DNA of 42,503 nucleotides from Candidatus Binatia bacterium (GTDB lineage Bacteria > Desulfobacterota > Binatia > UBA9968), in assembly GCA_036558765.1 (NCBI GenBank), contig DATBEY010000129.1:1-42503 (forward strand), given 5' to 3'. This document shows positions 39,387 to 42,503 of this stretch, in pieces. A model generated the notes under the pieces. That model was given only the letters and a program-made list of their open reading frames with translations, was not told the origin of the DNA and did no database searches. Numbering within the stretch: the first letter of the stretch is position 1; each line of letters starts with the position of its first letter. The translations under genes were made by a program, and so were the position numbers.

Positions 39387-39823
39387 AGCGACTGATTATT
39401 GTTTTGATGATGCTCTGCGCGAGCCTCGGTTGCGGCAAAAAAGGCGACCCACGGGCGCCGGAGCTCGCGACCCCGAAGGTCATCACCAATCTCACAGCCC
39501 GCTCTGGGCCGAACGGCATTGCATTGACTTGGAGCCGGCCAACTGAATATGTCGACGGCACGGCATTGAAAGATCTGGCCAGCTTTGTCATTTTCCGTAA
39601 AGAAGTTTCTCAGAGTTGTCCGGATTGCCCCGTGCCGTACCGACAGCTCACTACGGTGAACGTCGAAGATCGTGAAAAATTCGTCCAGCAAAAACAGTAT
39701 CGTTACGACGATCAGGAAGTCGGGCCGAATGCAATTTATCGCTATCGAATCGCGTCTCAATTATTCGACGGTTCGTTAAGCGCGCCCTCCAATGAAGTGG
39801 AAGTCGAACGGGGTAATCCATGA
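39383..39823 (+). CDS. Small lipoprotein with an LptM/YifL-like N-terminus and a beta-rich (FN3-like) C-terminal extension
   Basis: [26 protein letters not shown], a lipobox followed by a CGxKG.P motif. ATGA overlaps with both argH (39383-39386) and lysA (39820-39823). Confidence 0.65.
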   Translation: MKRLIIVLMMLCASLGCGKKGDPRAPELATPKVITNLTARSGPNGIALTWSRPTEYVDGTALKDLASFVIFRKEVSQSCPDCPVPYRQLTTVNVEDREKFVQQKQYRYDDQEVGPNAIYRYRIASQLFDGSLSAPSNEVEVERGNP

Positions 39824-41091
39824 ACCATTTTGAATACCGCAACGGCGAAATGTTCGCGGAAGCTGTGCCATTGAAGCGCATTGCGCGGGAAGTCGGCACG
39901 CCAGCTTACGTTTACAGCTTGGCGACCTTGACGCGCCATTTCAAAGTTTTCGACCAGGCATTTACTAAAGTCCGGCATATCGTTTGTTTTTCCGTCAAGG
40001 CCAATTCCAATCTGGCTCTGCTCCGTGCCTTCGCCAAAGAGGGAAGCGGCTTTGACATCGTATCGGGCGGCGAATTGTTTCGCGTCTTGAAAGTCGGCGC
40101 GGATCCGAAAAAAATCGTTTTCTCCGGCGTCGGCAAAAAAAGAGAGGAGATCGAATACGCGCTCGAGACGGGGATATTGATGTTTAACGTCGAATCGGAG
40201 GAGGAGTTATTAGCGCTGAACGACATCGCCTCGAATATTGGCAAACGGGCGCCGATCAGCTTGCGCGTGAATCCCGACGTGGATCCGCAGACGCATCCCT
40301 ACATTTCCACCGGAATGAAGAAGGCCAAGTTCGGTGTGGATATCAGAAAATCGTTGGAAACATACCGCAAGGCGGTTTCATTGAAAAACGTCGAAGTGGT
40401 CGGAGTCGATTGCCATATCGGTTCGCAATTGACCTCGATTACGCCGTTTGTCGATGCCCTGGCCAAGGTGCGCGAATATTTGGATCGCGTGCTCGCCGGA
40501 GAGATGAAAAGGGAAGGCGCGCAGATTCGCTATCTCGATCTTGGCGGAGGGTTGGGGATCAATTATCACGACGAGACGCCACCCTTGCCCGACGAATACG
40601 CCAAAGCGATCACTGAGGGCCTGGAAGGATTGGACGTCACTTTGATTTTGGAGCCCGGTCGCGTGATCGTCGGCAACGCGGGAATTCTTCTCACCGAAGT
40701 CCAATACCTCAAAGAAACGGATAGCAAAAAATTCGTGATCATCGACAGCGGCATGAACGATCTCATCCGCCCGGCGCTCTACGGCTCGTATCAGGCGATT
40801 CAGCCTGTCGTAGAGAATAGAGCGCCGGAGATCGTCGCCGACGTTGTCGGGCCGATCTGCGAGAGCGGTGATTTCTTCGCCAAGGATCGCGAAATCCCGC
40901 GGCCCCAACGGGGTGATTTGCTCGCGGTGATGAGCGCCGGCGCGTACGGATTCACTATGGCGTCCAACTATAATTCTCATCCGAAGCCGCCCGAGGTGCT
41001 CGTGGATGGCGATCGATATTATGTGGTGCGCAAGCGCGAATCGTTTGAAGACTTGATCAACGGGGAAATGATTCCGCCGTCGCTGCAATAA
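39820..41091 (+). CDS. lysA: Diaminopimelate decarboxylase
   Basis: PLP-Lys context FSVKAN, GGGLGI, EPGR and CESGD motifs. Confidence 0.93.
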   Translation: MNHFEYRNGEMFAEAVPLKRIAREVGTPAYVYSLATLTRHFKVFDQAFTKVRHIVCFSVKANSNLALLRAFAKEGSGFDIVSGGELFRVLKVGADPKKIVFSGVGKKREEIEYALETGILMFNVESEEELLALNDIASNIGKRAPISLRVNPDVDPQTHPYISTGMKKAKFGVDIRKSLETYRKAVSLKNVEVVGVDCHIGSQLTSITPFVDALAKVREYLDRVLAGEMKREGAQIRYLDLGGGLGINYHDETPPLPDEYAKAITEGLEGLDVTLILEPGRVIVGNAGILLTEVQYLKETDSKKFVIIDSGMNDLIRPALYGSYQAIQPVVENRAPEIVADVVGPICESGDFFAKDREIPRPQRGDLLAVMSAGAYGFTMASNYNSHPKPPEVLVDGDRYYVVRKRESFEDLINGEMIPPSLQ

Positions 41092-41097
41092 ATTTAG

Positions 41098-41120
41098 GGG
41101 CGTATGGCGTACGCCCTTTT
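41098..41120 (+). terminator. Terminator-like or attenuating hairpin between lysA and dapF
   Basis: GGGCGTA (41098-41104) / TACGCCC (41110-41116) stem followed by TTTT. It covers the upstream candidate ATG at 41104. Confidence 0.35.
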
Positions 41121-41127
41121 CAAGCTT

Positions 41128-41949
41128 ATGAAACTAGAATTCACCAAGATGCACGGCACAGGCAACGATTTTGTTTTTGTCGATTGTCTGAAGAAAAATA
41201 TCCATCATTTGGACGCAATCGCAAAAAAGCTCTGTGATCGGCGTTTCGGGATTGGCGCCGATCAATTGCTCACGATTCAGCCGTCAAAGATCGCCGATTT
41301 CAAAATGGAAATTTACAACGGAGACGGCAGTCAGGTGGAGATGTGCGGCAATGGCATTCGGTGCTTTGCCAAATACGTGTATGATCACCGCATCACGCAA
41401 AAGCGCGAGCTCGAAGTCGAAACGCTCGCCGGGATCATCCGACCGCGGATCGTCGGCGAGCTCGTCGAAGTCGATATGGGCGAGCCGATTCTTGAAGGCA
41501 GAAAAATCCCCGTCGATGCCGAGGGCGAAATTAAAAATCGGCCGCTGCTGGTGGATGGTAACAGATATGAAGTGACTTGCGTCTCGATGGGGAATCCACA
41601 TTGTGTTGTGTTCCTCGAGGATATCGATTCTCTGGATCTTGAAAAGCTCGGGCCGAAATTTGAGCATCATTCATTCTTTCCCAAGCGCGTGAATACCGAG
41701 TTCATCAAAGTTCTCAACCGGGGCGAAGTGAAAATGAGAGTCTGGGAACGCGGCGCAGGCGAAACCTGGGCGTGCGGCACCGGCGCGAGCGCTGTGGGAG
41801 TTGCAGGAGCGATCACCGACAGAACCGATCGGGAAATTACGATCCATCTGAAGGGCGGCGATCTTCTGATTGAATGGCGCGATAATAATCGGGTTTACAT
41901 GACCGGCGGCGCCGCAGAAGTGTTTCACGGCGTGATCGAGATCGAGTAG
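41128..41949 (+). CDS. dapF: Diaminopimelate epimerase
   Basis: FTKMHGTGNDFVFVD, with catalytic cysteines in MCGNGIRC and ACGTGASA. The ATG at 41128 gives the canonical N-terminus. Confidence 0.92.
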   Translation: MKLEFTKMHGTGNDFVFVDCLKKNIHHLDAIAKKLCDRRFGIGADQLLTIQPSKIADFKMEIYNGDGSQVEMCGNGIRCFAKYVYDHRITQKRELEVETLAGIIRPRIVGELVEVDMGEPILEGRKIPVDAEGEIKNRPLLVDGNRYEVTCVSMGNPHCVVFLEDIDSLDLEKLGPKFEHHSFFPKRVNTEFIKVLNRGEVKMRVWERGAGETWACGTGASAVGVAGAITDRTDREITIHLKGGDLLIEWRDNNRVYMTGGAAEVFHGVIEIE

Positions 41950-41961
41950 GAGGAATCGGCA

Positions 41962-42503
41962 ATGTTTACCGGCTCGATCGTTGCCCTGGTCACACCGTTC
42001 AAAAACGGTGCGGTGGATTGGCAAAGTCTCGAAGGTCTGGTCGACTTTCACCTGCAGAACGGGACGCATGGAATTGTCCCGTGCGGCACCACCGGCGAAT
42101 CGGCGACCCTGAGTCACCAGGAGCATGATGAGGTCATTCGCGCTGTCATAAACGCTGTAAACAAGCGAATTCCAGTGATCGCCGGGACCGGATCGAACGC
42201 CACCGACGAAGCGGTTCGCCTCACCCGCGAAGCGGAAAAGTCCGGCGCAGATGGCGCGCTGATGATTTCTCCCTATTACAACAGACCGACGCAGGAAGGC
42301 ATCTATCAGCATTACAAAAGAGTCGCCTCCGAGGTCGGGATTCCGATCATCATTTACAATATCCCAGGACGCACCGGGTCCAAGATCGAGCCCGAGACTT
42401 TAGCTCGGTTGGCGGAAATCGAAAACATCGCCGGCGTCAAAGAGGCCACCGGCTCGGTCGATCAAGCGATCGACGTGATTCGGTTGTGCGGGGATCGGTT
42501 TGC
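41962..42503 (+). CDS. dapA: 4-hydroxy-tetrahydrodipicolinate synthase (5' part, truncated by the window end)
   Basis: My own translation gives MFTGSIVALVTPFKNGAVDW...GIVPCGTTGESATLSHQEH...ISPYYNRPTQEG...IIIYNIPGRTG...GVKEATG. AGGAGG lies 8 nt upstream. It is absent from the ORF track because no stop occurs in the window. Confidence 0.9.
   Translation, partial: MFTGSIVALVTPFKNGAVDWQSLEGLVDFHLQNGTHGIVPCGTTGESATLSHQEHDEVIRAVINAVNKRIPVIAGTGSNATDEAVRLTREAEKSGADGALMISPYYNRPTQEGIYQHYKRVASEVGIPIIIYNIPGRTGSKIEPETLARLAEIENIAGVKEATGSVDQAIDVIRLCGDRF

Overview
This is a 42.5-kb window from a moderately GC-rich bacterium. LolA-like, LpxL-family and lipobox proteins indicate a diderm (Gram-negative-type) cell. 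Coding is almost entirely on the + strand and falls into three blocks. (1) 1-9.4 kb is housekeeping: a partial hypothetical ORF, a minus-strand orphan AAA+ ATPase, rpmE with a strong terminator, prfA-prmC-murA, hisD-hisB-hisH-hisA (no hisF or hisI follows), and a small secreted protein. (2) About 9.4-10.25 kb is an AT-rich stretch with almost no coding. It is followed at 10.25-26.56 kb by 19 tightly overlapping genes whose content and order match the aryl-polyene (APE) type II PKS/FAS-like pigment-lipid cluster: CLF, PlsC-type acyltransferase, 2 ACPs, membrane protein, adenylating enzyme fused to a hot-dog dehydratase, GT2, LpxL-type acyltransferase, MIO ammonia-lyase, thioesterase, LolA-like protein, MMPL exporter, flavin-dependent halogenase, lipoprotein, KS, DH, KR, KS. 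Two paralogous secreted proteins of unknown function and an Sfp-type PPTase follow (to 28.34 kb). (3) 28.6-42.5 kb is housekeeping: an MFS transporter, a minus-strand lipoprotein, xerC-hslV-hslU, argB-argD-argF-argG-argH, a small lipoprotein, and lysA-dapF-dapA (truncated at the window edge). No rRNA, tRNA, CRISPR array, IS element or phage gene was recognised. The main accessory content is the APE-type cluster. It belongs to a known family, but this version adds an ammonia-lyase, a halogenase with all four halogenase motifs, and an adenylation-dehydratase fusion, which predicts a halogenated, cinnamate/coumarate-primed product. I found no convincing evidence for a wholly new system. The best candidates of unknown function are the tandem secreted paralogs, the 830-nt coding-poor region upstream of the cluster, and a repeated hexamer in the MFS leader. 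All homology statements come from motif recognition by eye, not from database searches.
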